The notes below the pieces were generated by a model. That model ran no database searches and had not been told where the DNA came from. It worked only from the letters and a program-made list of their open reading frames with translations. Positions 1-8,717 of a stretch of 64,000 nucleotides of DNA are shown piece after piece. The position numbers and the translations under genes were made by a program. Origin of the DNA: Firmicutes bacterium UBA2203 (GTDB lineage Bacteria > Bacillota > Desulfotomaculia > Desulfotomaculales > Nap2-2B); assembly GCA_002327235.1 (NCBI GenBank), contig DCUX01000008.1, forward strand, positions 62,845 through 126,844, written 5' to 3'. Position 1 is the stretch's first letter. The number at the start of each line of letters is the position of its first letter.

Positions 1-143
1 AAAGTAATTGTTTTAGCTTGCAAATCAGCGTCAGCAAGGTTTATCATTTTTGATTCCAGCTCATTAATACTATCCACTACCCGCTGCAATCGTTTAACTT
101 CACGGGCGTTATCGTCCAACCAGTTACGCAGTACGTTTAACAT
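1..143 (-). CDS. secA: Preprotein translocase ATPase SecA, first ~47 codons only (gene runs off the left edge)
   Basis: Reverse translation from ATG 143-141 gives MLNVLRNWLDDNAREVKRLQRVVDSINELESKMINLADADLQAKTIT, a typical SecA N-terminus. GGAAAGGTGA Shine-Dalgarno (SD) lies just upstream. It sits downstream of hpf, as in Bacillus. Confidence 0.8.
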   Translation of the reverse strand, partial: MLNVLRNWLDDNAREVKRLQRVVDSINELESKMINLADADLQAKTIT

Positions 144-163
144 ATAATCACCTTTCCATAAAT

Positions 164-193
164 TAATGAGGAACCGCAGTTGGTTCCTCATTA
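164..193 (-). terminator. Hairpin between hpf and secA (weak terminator or attenuator)
   Basis: AATGAGGAACC / GGTTCCTCATT form an 11-12 bp perfect stem around a 6-nt loop. Only a weak T tract follows on the minus strand. Confidence 0.4.
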
Positions 194-280
194 GAAATGA
201 GTGCCTTTTTTATTTTAACACTTCTTAGTTGACCACGCAAGATTATATATAACACTTTTTGGCAGTCAGATTTTTTAGGT

Positions 281-823
281 TTAAAATTCTGGTTCAATTA
301 AACCGTAATTCCCGTCTTTACGACGGTATAACACATTTACCTGTTCAGTTTCAGCGTTAGAAAAAACGAAGAAATTATGGCCCAACAAATCAATCTGAAG
401 TATAGCTTCTTCGGTGGTCATTGGTTTCATGGCAAAACGCTTTGTCTTTACCACACCAGGAAACGTTTCCTGCTCTTTTTCTTCGGCTTCGGTTAAAGAA
501 GGGACCCCAGAAACATTTTTATTATACTGTTTATTAGGTCGCCTGTTATAGCGTCCCTTAAACTTTTCAATTTGTTTTTCTAATTTCTCTACCACTAAAT
601 CTACAGAAGTATATATGTCACCCGTAGATTCTTCGCCCCGCAAGATCATCCCGTCAATAGGGAGAGTCACTTCCACCCGGTTCCTGCCCCGTTCAACCGT
701 CAAAACTACCTGCCCGTTACTAAGATTATTAAGATATTTATTTAACTTTCCGACGCGTTTTTCTATGTAGTCCTTTAAAACCGGTGTTATCTCTGCATTT
801 CTTCCTCGTATCTGTAATTTCAT
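281..823 (-). CDS. hpf: Ribosome hibernation promoting factor, long form
   Basis: 180 aa. N-terminal MKLQIRGRN.EIT..LKDYIEKRVGKL S30AE/YfiA-type domain, plus a C-terminal dimerisation domain (KPMTTEEAILQIDLLGHNFFVF...NVLYRRKDGNYGLIEP). Confidence 0.9.
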   Translation of the reverse strand: MKLQIRGRNAEITPVLKDYIEKRVGKLNKYLNNLSNGQVVLTVERGRNRVEVTLPIDGMILRGEESTGDIYTSVDLVVEKLEKQIEKFKGRYNRRPNKQYNKNVSGVPSLTEAEEKEQETFPGVVKTKRFAMKPMTTEEAILQIDLLGHNFFVFSNAETEQVNVLYRRKDGNYGLIEPEF

Positions 824-844
824 CCTTTACCACTCCTTCGTAAA

Positions 845-874
845 ATAAAAACCCCCGTAAAAAATAACGGGGGG
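845..874 (-). terminator. Rho-independent terminator of the cold-shock gene
   Basis: CCCCCGT / ACGGGGG stem at 852-873. On the minus strand it is followed by TTTTTATTTTA, and it lies 13 nt downstream of the csp stop. Confidence 0.75.
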
Positions 875-886
875 CAGTTTTATTTT

Positions 887-1084
887 TTATAACTTTACTA
901 CATTAGCGGCTTGAAGACCACGCGTACCTTCTACAACGTCAAACTCTACCTCTTGACCTTCCCCTAAAGATTTAAAACCCTCTTCTTTTATGGCTGTAAA
1001 ATGAACGAATACATCCCCTCCGTCTTCTTTTTCAATAAAACCATATCCTTTAGCCACATTAAACCATTTAACTTTACCCTGCAT
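887..1084 (-). CDS. Cold-shock protein, CspA family
   Basis: 65 aa. KWFN..KGYGFI (RNP-1) and VFVHF (RNP-2) motifs. Confidence 0.9.
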   Translation of the reverse strand: MQGKVKWFNVAKGYGFIEKEDGGDVFVHFTAIKEEGFKSLGEGQEVEFDVVEGTRGLQAANVVKL

Positions 1085-1221
1085 TTTCTTACCTTCTTTC
1101 CTGGAAAAATATAATTTTTATAAGTGGACATAAAAACCTACTTGAGTAAAAATAACATACTCATATAATAATGTCAACCTAACAAACAAGATCGAAATTT
1201 TAATTTTAAGATGAAAATAAC

Positions 1222-1239
1222 TGTGGATAATGTGGATAA
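1222..1239. promoter_or_regulatory. Two abutting perfect DnaA boxes (TGTGGATAA x2)
   Basis: TGTGGATAATGTGGATAA is the reverse complement of TTATCCACA, twice, with no spacer. A one-mismatch box TATGGATAA lies at 1274-1282. Confidence 0.5.
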
Positions 1240-1361
1240 GTTTGTTTATAACCCGTAAATTCTAGGTTCAGGTTATGGATAAATTGCAAGTTATAATATA
1301 TTTTCGGGTATTGTTAGATAAAATAAATTATTTAGTCGAATATAATCGTATTTAACCATAG

Positions 1362-2138
1362 CTATTCCCCGTAGATACTCCCCGTGGCCACTGTTAACAC
1401 GTAGACCTCCTTAGCACCGGCGTTCGTAAGGACGCGACTGCATTCCCCAACGGTTGCCCCGGTAGTAAATACATCATCAATAAGCAAAACTGCTCTACCG
1501 GCAATTAAAAAGGGTTCTTCCACCTTAAATGCTTCTTTTAAATTATCCATCCGCTGTTCCCTTTTTAAGCTTGTTTGAGGGGTAGTTTCCCGTACTTTAA
1601 CCAGGGCTGAGTGTAAGGGTAAGTTTAACGCCCTAGCCACTTCCCGGGCCAGTAACTCCGCCTGGTTGAACCCCCTTTCCCTGAGGCGCGAGGGGGTTAA
1701 GGGAACCGGTACGACTACTTGCCCCTCTTGGTAAGAAGGACAGGTCCAAAATACGTCTACCAGCAACGGTCCTAAAAATTGGGCTAGATAACGCTGCCGC
1801 TTAAACTTAAATTTATGAATTGCTTCCTTTAAACATCCTTCGTAAGTCCCGATGGCGCGGGCCGTTTCAAAAGTTTTTTCCCGGTTTATACAATCAATAC
1901 AATTAAAAAATTTATCTAACGGGTCTAATATTTTACCCTGAGAAAAACTTAGTTTTTTGCCTGTTTGTGCTCTCCCGCAACGATTACAACGTGGATGCCG
2001 TTGAAAATCAATGATTTCTTGCCGGCAAAAAGAACATATCTCTCCGTTTTCACCGGCCCGCCCGCAAAAAGGACAGCCTGGCAAAGGTGGGAAAACTAAG
2101 TTTAGCAACTCGGACCATAATTTTTTTAAATAAGACAT
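1362..2138 (-). CDS. comFC: ComF family protein (ComFC-type phosphoribosyltransferase-fold)
   Basis: Cys-rich N-terminus (CPFCGR...CSFC, CNRCGR) and PRTase motif LLIDDVFTTGAT. Start moved to ATG 2138 (MSYLKK, AAGGAAGG SD). The longer track ORF to 2312 overlaps the upstream gene. Confidence 0.8.
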   Translation of the reverse strand: MSYLKKLWSELLNLVFPPLPGCPFCGRAGENGEICSFCRQEIIDFQRHPRCNRCGRAQTGKKLSFSQGKILDPLDKFFNCIDCINREKTFETARAIGTYEGCLKEAIHKFKFKRQRYLAQFLGPLLVDVFWTCPSYQEGQVVVPVPLTPSRLRERGFNQAELLAREVARALNLPLHSALVKVRETTPQTSLKREQRMDNLKEAFKVEEPFLIAGRAVLLIDDVFTTGATVGECSRVLTNAGAKEVYVLTVATGSIYGE

Positions 2139-2184
2139 TATACCTTCCTTTATATGGACAAACAGCAGGTTTCCTATTTTCCGG

Positions 2185-3882
2185 CTATATTTTTCCAGAA
2201 TAAGGCACAACACAATCTTTACCTCTTTTTTTAGCCCGGTAAAGCGCCTCGTCCGCTTTTTGCAGCAACTCAGAAATACTGTTAGCGTCCTGCGGGTACA
2301 TCGCCACCCCAAGGCTTACCTTTAAACTTAAATATGTGCCTTCCGCTTGAAAAGAGTGCTCCCGAATAACCTGCCGGATATTTTCCGCCAACTGAACTGC
2401 GCTCACTTCGCCGCAGTTAGGCAATAAAATAACAAATTCCTCTCCACCGTAACGCCCGACTATGCCGGCGCCTTTCACCCTTTCTTCGATTAACCGGGCC
2501 AAGGCCGCTAATACAGCGTCACCGGTGTCACGGCCAAAAGAACTGTTAAACATTTGAAAATCATCCACCTCAAGCACAATTACCGCCAAAGGAAAACCTT
2601 CCTTACCGGCCCGGTGGCATTCCTCCGTCGCCCGGCGAAAAAAGAAATTATAGCTATAAACGCCGGTCAATTTATCAATGTTTGTTTTAACTATAACATG
2701 CTGGGAAAGAAAGATATTAGCCAGAACAACGGCAGCCTGGTGGCAAACAACGGTTAAAACATCCTGGTGGTCTTCTTTAAAAGCAAAAGGACGTTTATCA
2801 CCAAGCATAAATATACCTAATAATTCATTTTCTGTTTGCAAAGGTATAATTAATAAAGACCGGCAAACCTGGGGTAGTCCGGCTTTATTTTTAACCCGCA
2901 AATCTTTCCGGACGTCGTTTATTATCTCTGGCCGCCGGTGATGGCTCACCATCCAACCTAAAAAACCCTCCTTTGGAGTAAAAGTAGTGCCGATAAGATT
3001 TTTTACCTGGGGACCATGTCCAGCCACCGCCCGGTAATGATTTTTTTCCTCTGCTTTTAAGTATATTATCCCCGAGTGATAATTTACAATTTTCCGCGCT
3101 TCTTTTAAAATAAGGTCAAATATTTTATTCGCCTCAAGCGGTCTGCTTAATTTTTTAGCCACCCGGTAAAAAACACTGAGTTCCCGGTTAACCAAAGCAA
3201 CCTGGAGGTACATCCGAAGTAAAAGTTGAATTATGAAAATAGGAATAAAAAAAAGCACCGGACCAATTATACTTAAACGTTGGTAAAGCACAACCATAAC
3301 AAGCCCTAGTGGAATACCCAAAAGGTAGGTAAAACTATCCCACCGCAAGACATCAACCCACTTTACCAAAGAAGTTTTTTGGTGTTCAGACCACAAGTAA
3401 AGATAAACCAGGAAATGATTAATAAAATAATACGCGACCGTAAAAGCAACTAAGGGAATAACCAGGGCAAAATTAAAACTTTTTTCAAATGTCGCTTGAC
3501 CGCCGCCAGCCCATAAGTAGGCATAATTACCCGCCCAAAAAGCAAGAATATATTGACTGGTACTAAAAAAAGTAACCCTCATGGGACTACCTCGATTAGC
3601 AATTCCTTGTCCAATCAAGTTAGCTAAACAGTTAATCCAAATTCCTGCCGCCGGGCCATAAATTAAAAAGGTGGTCAGTACCACTGTAAAGCCGGCCGAC
3701 AATTTGCCCTTGGGAAAAGATACTCCTAACCATCCAGTTAATATTCCTAAGGCAATAAAAATTAGAAATTCCTGGCTTAAATCTAAATCTAGTTCCTTAA
3801 AAAGAAAAATTAAAACACTAGCTCCTAAGCAAATAACCAGCCAGATATATAAAATATGGAAGAGATTATTTCTCTGAACCAT
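2185..3882 (-). CDS. Membrane GAF-GGDEF diguanylate cyclase
   Basis: 565 aa. About 6 N-terminal TM helices, a central GAF-like region, and a C-terminal GGDEF domain with an intact RYGGEEF motif. Confidence 0.85.
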   Translation of the reverse strand: MVQRNNLFHILYIWLVICLGASVLIFLFKELDLDLSQEFLIFIALGILTGWLGVSFPKGKLSAGFTVVLTTFLIYGPAAGIWINCLANLIGQGIANRGSPMRVTFFSTSQYILAFWAGNYAYLWAGGGQATFEKSFNFALVIPLVAFTVAYYFINHFLVYLYLWSEHQKTSLVKWVDVLRWDSFTYLLGIPLGLVMVVLYQRLSIIGPVLFFIPIFIIQLLLRMYLQVALVNRELSVFYRVAKKLSRPLEANKIFDLILKEARKIVNYHSGIIYLKAEEKNHYRAVAGHGPQVKNLIGTTFTPKEGFLGWMVSHHRRPEIINDVRKDLRVKNKAGLPQVCRSLLIIPLQTENELLGIFMLGDKRPFAFKEDHQDVLTVVCHQAAVVLANIFLSQHVIVKTNIDKLTGVYSYNFFFRRATEECHRAGKEGFPLAVIVLEVDDFQMFNSSFGRDTGDAVLAALARLIEERVKGAGIVGRYGGEEFVILLPNCGEVSAVQLAENIRQVIREHSFQAEGTYLSLKVSLGVAMYPQDANSISELLQKADEALYRAKKRGKDCVVPYSGKI

Positions 3883-3957
3883 TTTTTACCCCCCAAAAAG
3901 TAATATTTCGACAAAAAAGAAAATTTACCTTTTGGTGAAATTAATGAAAAACCAGGA

Positions 3958-3983
3958 TAAGGGCGTTAAATTTAACGCCCTTA
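3958..3983. repeat. Perfect 26-nt palindrome TAAGGGCGTTAAA|TTTAACGCCCTTA (GGGCGT palindrome family); likely bidirectional terminator
   Basis: Self-complementary by inspection. Same core as 59328-59363 and related to 13564-13593 and 34507-34534. Confidence 0.7.
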
Positions 3984-4019
3984 CCTAATAAAAATTACAA
4001 ATGGCAAAGAAAAGGTATT

Positions 4020-4403
4020 TTATGGCGGAGAAATAAAGAAAGAGACAGGGTAAATAATAAAGAAATAACTAAATAAAGCCTGACTATCTTTAGGAGTTAA
4101 ATTAATACTGGAAAAATTGACGATGGGAAAATCAACTTCCCGCTTTAACAGGCTTAAAATTTTTGGCGTTTGATCGACAGAACCATCATCTACCATTAAT
4201 ATTTCCAAAAACGGCCATAATTTGTTCCGCCAATATAATAACAGGCGTAAAAAACCTTCCAGCGAATTCTCTTGATTACGTAAAATGACCACTATTTTTA
4301 AGGAATATTGGTTTTTGTTAATCTGGTAAACAAGTCTATAAGCCCTGATAAGGATTAATACTAACCAACCGGCCAGTAAAACCAATAAAACCCCAATAAT
4401 CAC
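4020..4403 (-). CDS. Small membrane protein resembling only the N-terminal part of a family-2 glycosyltransferase (possible remnant)
   Basis: 127 aa. One TM helix, then VVILRNQENSL....LMVDDGSVDQT (GT2 N-terminal signature). The remainder of the catalytic domain is absent. Confidence 0.35.
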   Translation of the reverse strand: MIIGVLLVLLAGWLVLILIRAYRLVYQINKNQYSLKIVVILRNQENSLEGFLRLLLYWRNKLWPFLEILMVDDGSVDQTPKILSLLKREVDFPIVNFSSINLTPKDSQALFSYFFIIYPVSFFISPP

Positions 4404-4528
4404 TTTAAGCCCAGCCCTCTTTTATCTCAAGCTAATGTACTTTATGCTGCATTAAAATAAGAGGTGCTGGTTTTAAAAAATAGAATAGCTATACCATTAG
4501 CTAAAGGCAACGCAATCAGCTAAAAAAA

Positions 4529-5719
4529 TTACCTCCCTGCGGCCTGACGTAAAATTTCGGCTTTATCTATCCTTTCCCAAGGTAAATCGAGGTCTAAACG
4601 GCCAAAATGACCGTAGGCTGCAAGCTGGCGGTAAATGGGACGGCGCAAGTTAAAATCCTTAATCATACCTGCCGGAGTTAGCTCAAAATGTTCTTGGATA
4701 AGTTTAACCAATAATTCCTCACTTACTTTGCCCGTTCCAAAAGTATCCACCATAATGGAAACAGGCCGGGCTACCCCGATAATATAAGCTAACTGAATTT
4801 CACATTTTGCGGCCAGACCAGCCGCCACAATATTTTTGGTTATATAACGGGCGGCATAGTTTGCCGTCCGGTCTACTTTAGTTGGATCTTTTCCTGAAAA
4901 AGACCCGCCGCCATGTCTGGCTATCCCTCCGTACGTATCCACAATATTTTTCCGGCCCGTAAGGCCTGTGTCACCTTGCGGACCGCCAACTACAAAACGG
5001 CCCGTAGGATTAACCAGGTAACGGGTTGAGTCATCAAGCAATTCTTCAGGCACCACTTTGCGGATCACTTTACGGATTAAATCCAAACGCATTACATCTA
5101 TTTCCGTTTTTGGATGATGCTGAGCCGAAATAACAATCGTATGTAGGCGAACAGGTTTATCATCTTCGTATTCAATGGTTACCTGTACCTTGCCGTCAGG
5201 ACGCAAGTACGGCATTTCACGATTTTTTCGTACCACCGCCAACTGCTGGGCCAGCTTGTGGGCCAAAGAAATGGGCAAAGGCATCATTTCCGGGGTTTCG
5301 TTAGTGGCATAACCGTACATTATCCCCTGGTCACCGGCACCGATAACTTCTTCTACTGAGTTATTTATCTCACCGGCACGTGCTTCCAAGGCTTTATTTA
5401 CCCCCTGGGCAATGTCTGGGGACTGCTCATCAATAGTGGTGATAACCGCACACGTATCGGCATCAAAACCATACTTAGCCCTGGTATAGCCAATCTCGCG
5501 TACCGTATCCCTTACTACCCTAGGTATATCCACGTAACACGCCGTAGTAATTTCTCCGGCTACAACCACCAGCCCGGTTGTTACCAACACTTCGCAAGCC
5601 ACCCGGGCATAAGGGTCTAGCCCAATAATTTCATCCAGAATAGCATCCGCAATCTGATCGGCTAACTTGTCCGGGTGGCCCTCGGTTACCGATTCTGAAG
5701 TAAACAAGTGCCTGGCCAT
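4529..5719 (-). CDS. metK: S-adenosylmethionine synthetase
   Basis: 396 aa. [18 protein letters not shown] and [15 protein letters not shown] signatures. Confidence 0.95.
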   Translation of the reverse strand: MARHLFTSESVTEGHPDKLADQIADAILDEIIGLDPYARVACEVLVTTGLVVVAGEITTACYVDIPRVVRDTVREIGYTRAKYGFDADTCAVITTIDEQSPDIAQGVNKALEARAGEINNSVEEVIGAGDQGIMYGYATNETPEMMPLPISLAHKLAQQLAVVRKNREMPYLRPDGKVQVTIEYEDDKPVRLHTIVISAQHHPKTEIDVMRLDLIRKVIRKVVPEELLDDSTRYLVNPTGRFVVGGPQGDTGLTGRKNIVDTYGGIARHGGGSFSGKDPTKVDRTANYAARYITKNIVAAGLAAKCEIQLAYIIGVARPVSIMVDTFGTGKVSEELLVKLIQEHFELTPAGMIKDFNLRRPIYRQLAAYGHFGRLDLDLPWERIDKAEILRQAAGR

Positions 5720-5878
5720 TTTTTTCCTCCTTTTATATAAAATAAGAAAAATAAAAAAATCGTAGAATTATTAAATTATTTTAAAAAACATATTTATTTT
5801 AACAAGCAGACCGGCCAAAGTCAAACCAGGAAGTGGGATTAGATTAAGCTAAATTAAATCAATTAAATTAAATTTATA

Positions 5879-5906
5879 TTGACAATATTTTTTTCTATGA
5901 TATTAT
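5879..5906 (+). promoter_or_regulatory. Candidate sigma-A promoter for the riboswitch-GT2 operon
   Basis: TTGACA (5879-5884), a 16-nt spacer ending in TGA, then TATTAT (5901-5906), i.e. extended -10 like. Confidence 0.45.
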
Positions 5907-6003
5907 TTTTTTACTAAAACTTCTAAAATTCTTAAAAATGTCTTTAAATGAATAATTATTAATCTTTTTCTGCAAAATTAAAAAAACAAAAAATATAATA
6001 GAG

Positions 6004-6120
6004 CACATCCGAAAAGGCTATTTCTTCTGAAAAGGAGAAACGCGCAAAGTCATGGGTCTAAAATAGCTAAGGCTATTATGATAGCCAGACTGCACGGAGA
6101 CCAAAAAGGATGTGTTTTTT
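6004..6120 (+). promoter_or_regulatory. Candidate c-di-GMP-I (GEMM-I) riboswitch, divergent copy
   Basis: GGCTA/TAGCC closing helix (6016-6086). TTTCTTCT-GAAA-AGGAGAAA tetraloop hairpin. ACGCGCAAAG junction. Second hairpin TCAT..AATAGC-TAAG-GCTATT..ATGA with a TCTAAA receptor-like bulge. Outer helix CACATCC/GGATGTG followed by T6. Confidence 0.5.
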
Positions 6121-6173
6121 ATTATTGATAGCCCGAAAGTAAATTTAGTAGAACAAAAGAGAAGGTGAAGAAA

Positions 6174-7256
6174 ATGCGTCTTTGGAGACGGTTTTTAGGT
6201 CTACCGCCAAAATATGAGCAAAAACCAGTGGAAAATTTAACTATCTCGGTTGTTGTACCTGCTTACAACGAAGAAAGAACTATTGCCAGTACAATTCTCA
6301 GTTTAAAAAAGCAAACCAGAAAAATCAACAAGATTATCGTAGTAGACGATTGCTCAAACGATAGAACAGGTGAAATTGCCAGAGGCTTGGGAGTAACAGT
6401 ATTACGCCCCTCCAAAAACCAGGGAACAAAAGCGCAGGCCCAAAATTATGCTTTACCCTATATAGATACAGATTTAATGGTAACGGTTGATGCCGATACC
6501 CTTCTTGACTCAAACGCAATAGAACGCACTTTAGCTTATTTTTCTGACCCTGATATGGCTTCAGTTTGCGGTTTTGTTGTTCCTCAGAAAATTACAACTA
6601 TCTGGGAAAAGGGGAGGTTTATTGAATATCTCTTTGGACTATTCATCTTCAAAGGGGCTCAAAGAAATCTTGGTGTCCCTCTGGTTTGTTCAGGTTGTTT
6701 TTCAGTTTTTCGCACCGATAAAATGAAAAAAATTGGCGGTTTTCAACCACGTACCATGGCGGAAGATATGGATCTTACCTGGGAGTTTTTATCCCGGGGA
6801 GAAAAAGTTGAATTTGTTTCCAATGCCTTTTGTTATCCTCTTGACCCGCCAACCTTTCCCATCTTTATTGCTCAAATCAACCGCTGGTACCGAAGTTTTT
6901 TTCAAAACATCTCAATTCATAAAAAAGATATTTTCCGTAATAAAAAATTAGCTTTCTTTATTTATTGGTATCTACTGGACGGGCTTCTTCTCCCCTTAAT
7001 CCTCTTTTTTGGTCTTTATTATCTTACCAAAGGAAACATCTCCTGGGCACTTATCTGGCTCTTGGGACTAGAATTTTTATTTGTCGCCGTTCCTGTTTTA
7101 TTTCAAGGCTGGAAGATAAATAAATTTTGGTTGACCTTAAAAAGCTTACCCGCCTATTTTATTATTCGCCCGGTGAACATTTTTGTTTATTATAAATCAT
7201 TTTTCCAAGAATGGGTTTTAAAACAAAAATTAACCGCTTGGGAAAAAGGACATTAA
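6174..7256 (+). CDS. Processive family-2 glycosyltransferase (polysaccharide synthase type, C-terminal TM helices)
   Basis: VVPAYNEE, VVDDCSNDRT, TVDADT and QINRW (QxxRW) motifs, and about 4 C-terminal TM helices. ATG 6174 is preferred over the track GTG 6165 (GAAGGTG SD 7 nt upstream). Confidence 0.85.
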   Translation: MRLWRRFLGLPPKYEQKPVENLTISVVVPAYNEERTIASTILSLKKQTRKINKIIVVDDCSNDRTGEIARGLGVTVLRPSKNQGTKAQAQNYALPYIDTDLMVTVDADTLLDSNAIERTLAYFSDPDMASVCGFVVPQKITTIWEKGRFIEYLFGLFIFKGAQRNLGVPLVCSGCFSVFRTDKMKKIGGFQPRTMAEDMDLTWEFLSRGEKVEFVSNAFCYPLDPPTFPIFIAQINRWYRSFFQNISIHKKDIFRNKKLAFFIYWYLLDGLLLPLILFFGLYYLTKGNISWALIWLLGLEFLFVAVPVLFQGWKINKFWLTLKSLPAYFIIRPVNIFVYYKSFFQEWVLKQKLTAWEKGH

Positions 7257-7300
7257 TTTAGGTGATAGTCTGAAACATCCATGCTGGCAATAGCTCAGCA

Positions 7301-7376
7301 CAAAGGATAATGAAAATCCCAGGCTTTTCGGATGAAAGAAATGCTTTCATGACGTTTTGTGCCTGGAAAGAAATGG
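7301..7376 (+). other. Copy A of a conserved 37-nt block (partner at 36816-36875)
   Basis: CAAAGGATAATGAAAATCCCAGG-N-TTTTCGGATGAAA is identical at 36 of 37 positions to 36816-36852. A second shared block, TGT.CCTGGAA.GA..TGG, follows. Confidence 0.7.
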
Positions 7377-7384
7377 CCATAAAT

Positions 7385-8005
7385 ATGAAAAAAATCAAGA
7401 TCTGGCTCCCGATTTTTTTAATTTGTTTAGTACTTTTAGGAATTTTTTTAAGTAGGTATTTTGTTCAGGAAACTACGGTTGACAAGCCTGGATGCGATAG
7501 ATTTGCTAACGAACTAATTAATTATAAAAAAAGGTACGGTTTAAAAACCGAAATTTTACCCAGTGCTCCGGTAAAAAATACCTGGACTGGTGCCGTCATT
7601 GGTAATCAGCCTTTAACAATTTATTTAGACGAACCAATAGTAGTCCAATGGACTGATAAAAAGGGATATCCTGATCAGTACTGTGATACTCCCTCCCGGT
7701 ACTTTAATCAACTAGAAAAAGCTTACAATTTAAAATTAAAAGCAATAAAAGTTTACGCTAACAGTGGTGAAGCAAGTAAAGTTGTTGATGCAGCAAGGTT
7801 TCGTCAGGCTAAAGTAATTGGCCTCAGGGTTTTTAATAAAGCCGATTACGAACCGGTAAAGAAATGGCTTGCGGAAGATAAAACCCACCGCGCCGTTCTC
7901 TTTCACTCGGCGGTTTACGAAGAAGGGGCAAAGCTTTTTACAGAGTTTAGGAGGCAGACCACCTTTGGTGATCTTTGTCCAGAAATAATAGGAAAGGGGG
8001 GGTAG
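7385..8005 (+). CDS. Hypothetical membrane-anchored protein
   Basis: Start set at MKKIKIWLPIFLICLVLLGIFL (signal-anchor). No family recognised. The track ORF begins at 7310, inside the conserved block. Confidence 0.5.
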   Translation: MKKIKIWLPIFLICLVLLGIFLSRYFVQETTVDKPGCDRFANELINYKKRYGLKTEILPSAPVKNTWTGAVIGNQPLTIYLDEPIVVQWTDKKGYPDQYCDTPSRYFNQLEKAYNLKLKAIKVYANSGEASKVVDAARFRQAKVIGLRVFNKADYEPVKKWLAEDKTHRAVLFHSAVYEEGAKLFTEFRRQTTFGDLCPEIIGKGG

Positions 8006-8050
8006 AAAATATATGCTCCACAAGGTCCTTGTTCGGCGATAGTTCATCTT

Positions 8051-8575
8051 TTGTTAAAATATCCTATCCTTGTTGTGGCTATTGGTTTGGCCGCGGCCGT
8101 TCATTATGTTTATCCTTATGCGCTTGATTCTGAAAAAACAGTTATGCTGGAAGAAAAAATTCAAAAAGAATTTCAGCATCAGCCAAAACTGGTAACTAAA
8201 ACTAATAAAACAAAAGTATATTTTCAGGCTATTCTAGAAACCGAAAGCGGTAACCAAAATATTGGAGTACACCCGGATGGCATTTCTTGGGGTCCTGCCG
8301 GTTTAACCCGAATAGCGCTTCAGGATGTCTTAAATAAAGTACCGGCATGTCAAACCGGTTATGACGGCAACTTTGAGAAAATATTAAAGGACCCGATGTT
8401 TAACCGACAATACGGGGAATTCTATTTTTTAGATTTAGTTCACCGGTTTGGTGATGTGCGTATTGCTACCATAGCTTATCATGAAGGTCCTACTAAGATT
8501 GCCACACTCCTTAGGAAAGGAAAAACTTTACCCCAAAATTATTTACAACTAGTTGAGAAGAAAATAAAAGAATAA
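8051..8575 (+). CDS. Lytic transglycosylase-like (SLT-type) protein with N-terminal anchor
   Basis: 174 aa. AILETESGNQNIG (catalytic E-S context) and IAYHEGP (AYNAG-like) resemble the SLT domain. TTG start. Confidence 0.45.
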   Translation: MLKYPILVVAIGLAAAVHYVYPYALDSEKTVMLEEKIQKEFQHQPKLVTKTNKTKVYFQAILETESGNQNIGVHPDGISWGPAGLTRIALQDVLNKVPACQTGYDGNFEKILKDPMFNRQYGEFYFLDLVHRFGDVRIATIAYHEGPTKIATLLRKGKTLPQNYLQLVEKKIKE

Positions 8576-8607
8576 AAAGATTATTTTTTACGTAAAAAAT
8601 AATCTTT
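8576..8607 (+). terminator. AT-rich perfect hairpin after the SLT-like gene
   Basis: AAAGATTATTTTTTA-CG-TAAAAAATAATCTTT, a 15-bp stem immediately after the stop codon. Confidence 0.45.
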
Positions 8608-8717
8608 TTATAAAAGCTTTTAAAAAAATTACTAAAAAAATTCCCTAAAAAGCAGGAATTACATTCTAAAATGTAGAATTATATTTTTATACAATTAAAT
8701 ATTTTTTACCTTGTTAT

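Noticed and set aside
1085-1361. Possible replication origin because of DnaA boxes
   Set aside because: Only three boxes are present, with no dnaA/dnaN and no clear AT-rich 13-mer-like unwinding element next to them. Kept as a DnaA-box cluster finding, not as oriC.
1362-2312. 316-aa version of the comFC ORF
   Set aside because: The first 58 codons overlap the 3' end of the GGDEF gene and have no ComF similarity. An internal ATG at 2138 with a strong SD gives the normal-length protein.
5720-5900. Expected SAM (S-box) riboswitch upstream of metK
   Set aside because: I read the minus-strand leader and found none of the S-box hallmarks (no CTTATCAAGAG / GGTGGAGGGA / GCAACC segments). The region is simply AT-rich.
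7310-7384. N-terminal 25 codons of track ORF 7310-8005 as genuine coding sequence
   Set aside because: This stretch coincides with the conserved non-genic block also found at 36816. The SD spacing to ATG 7310 is only 2 nt. The downstream MKKIKIW.. start gives a normal signal-anchor. The block is treated as a separate element.
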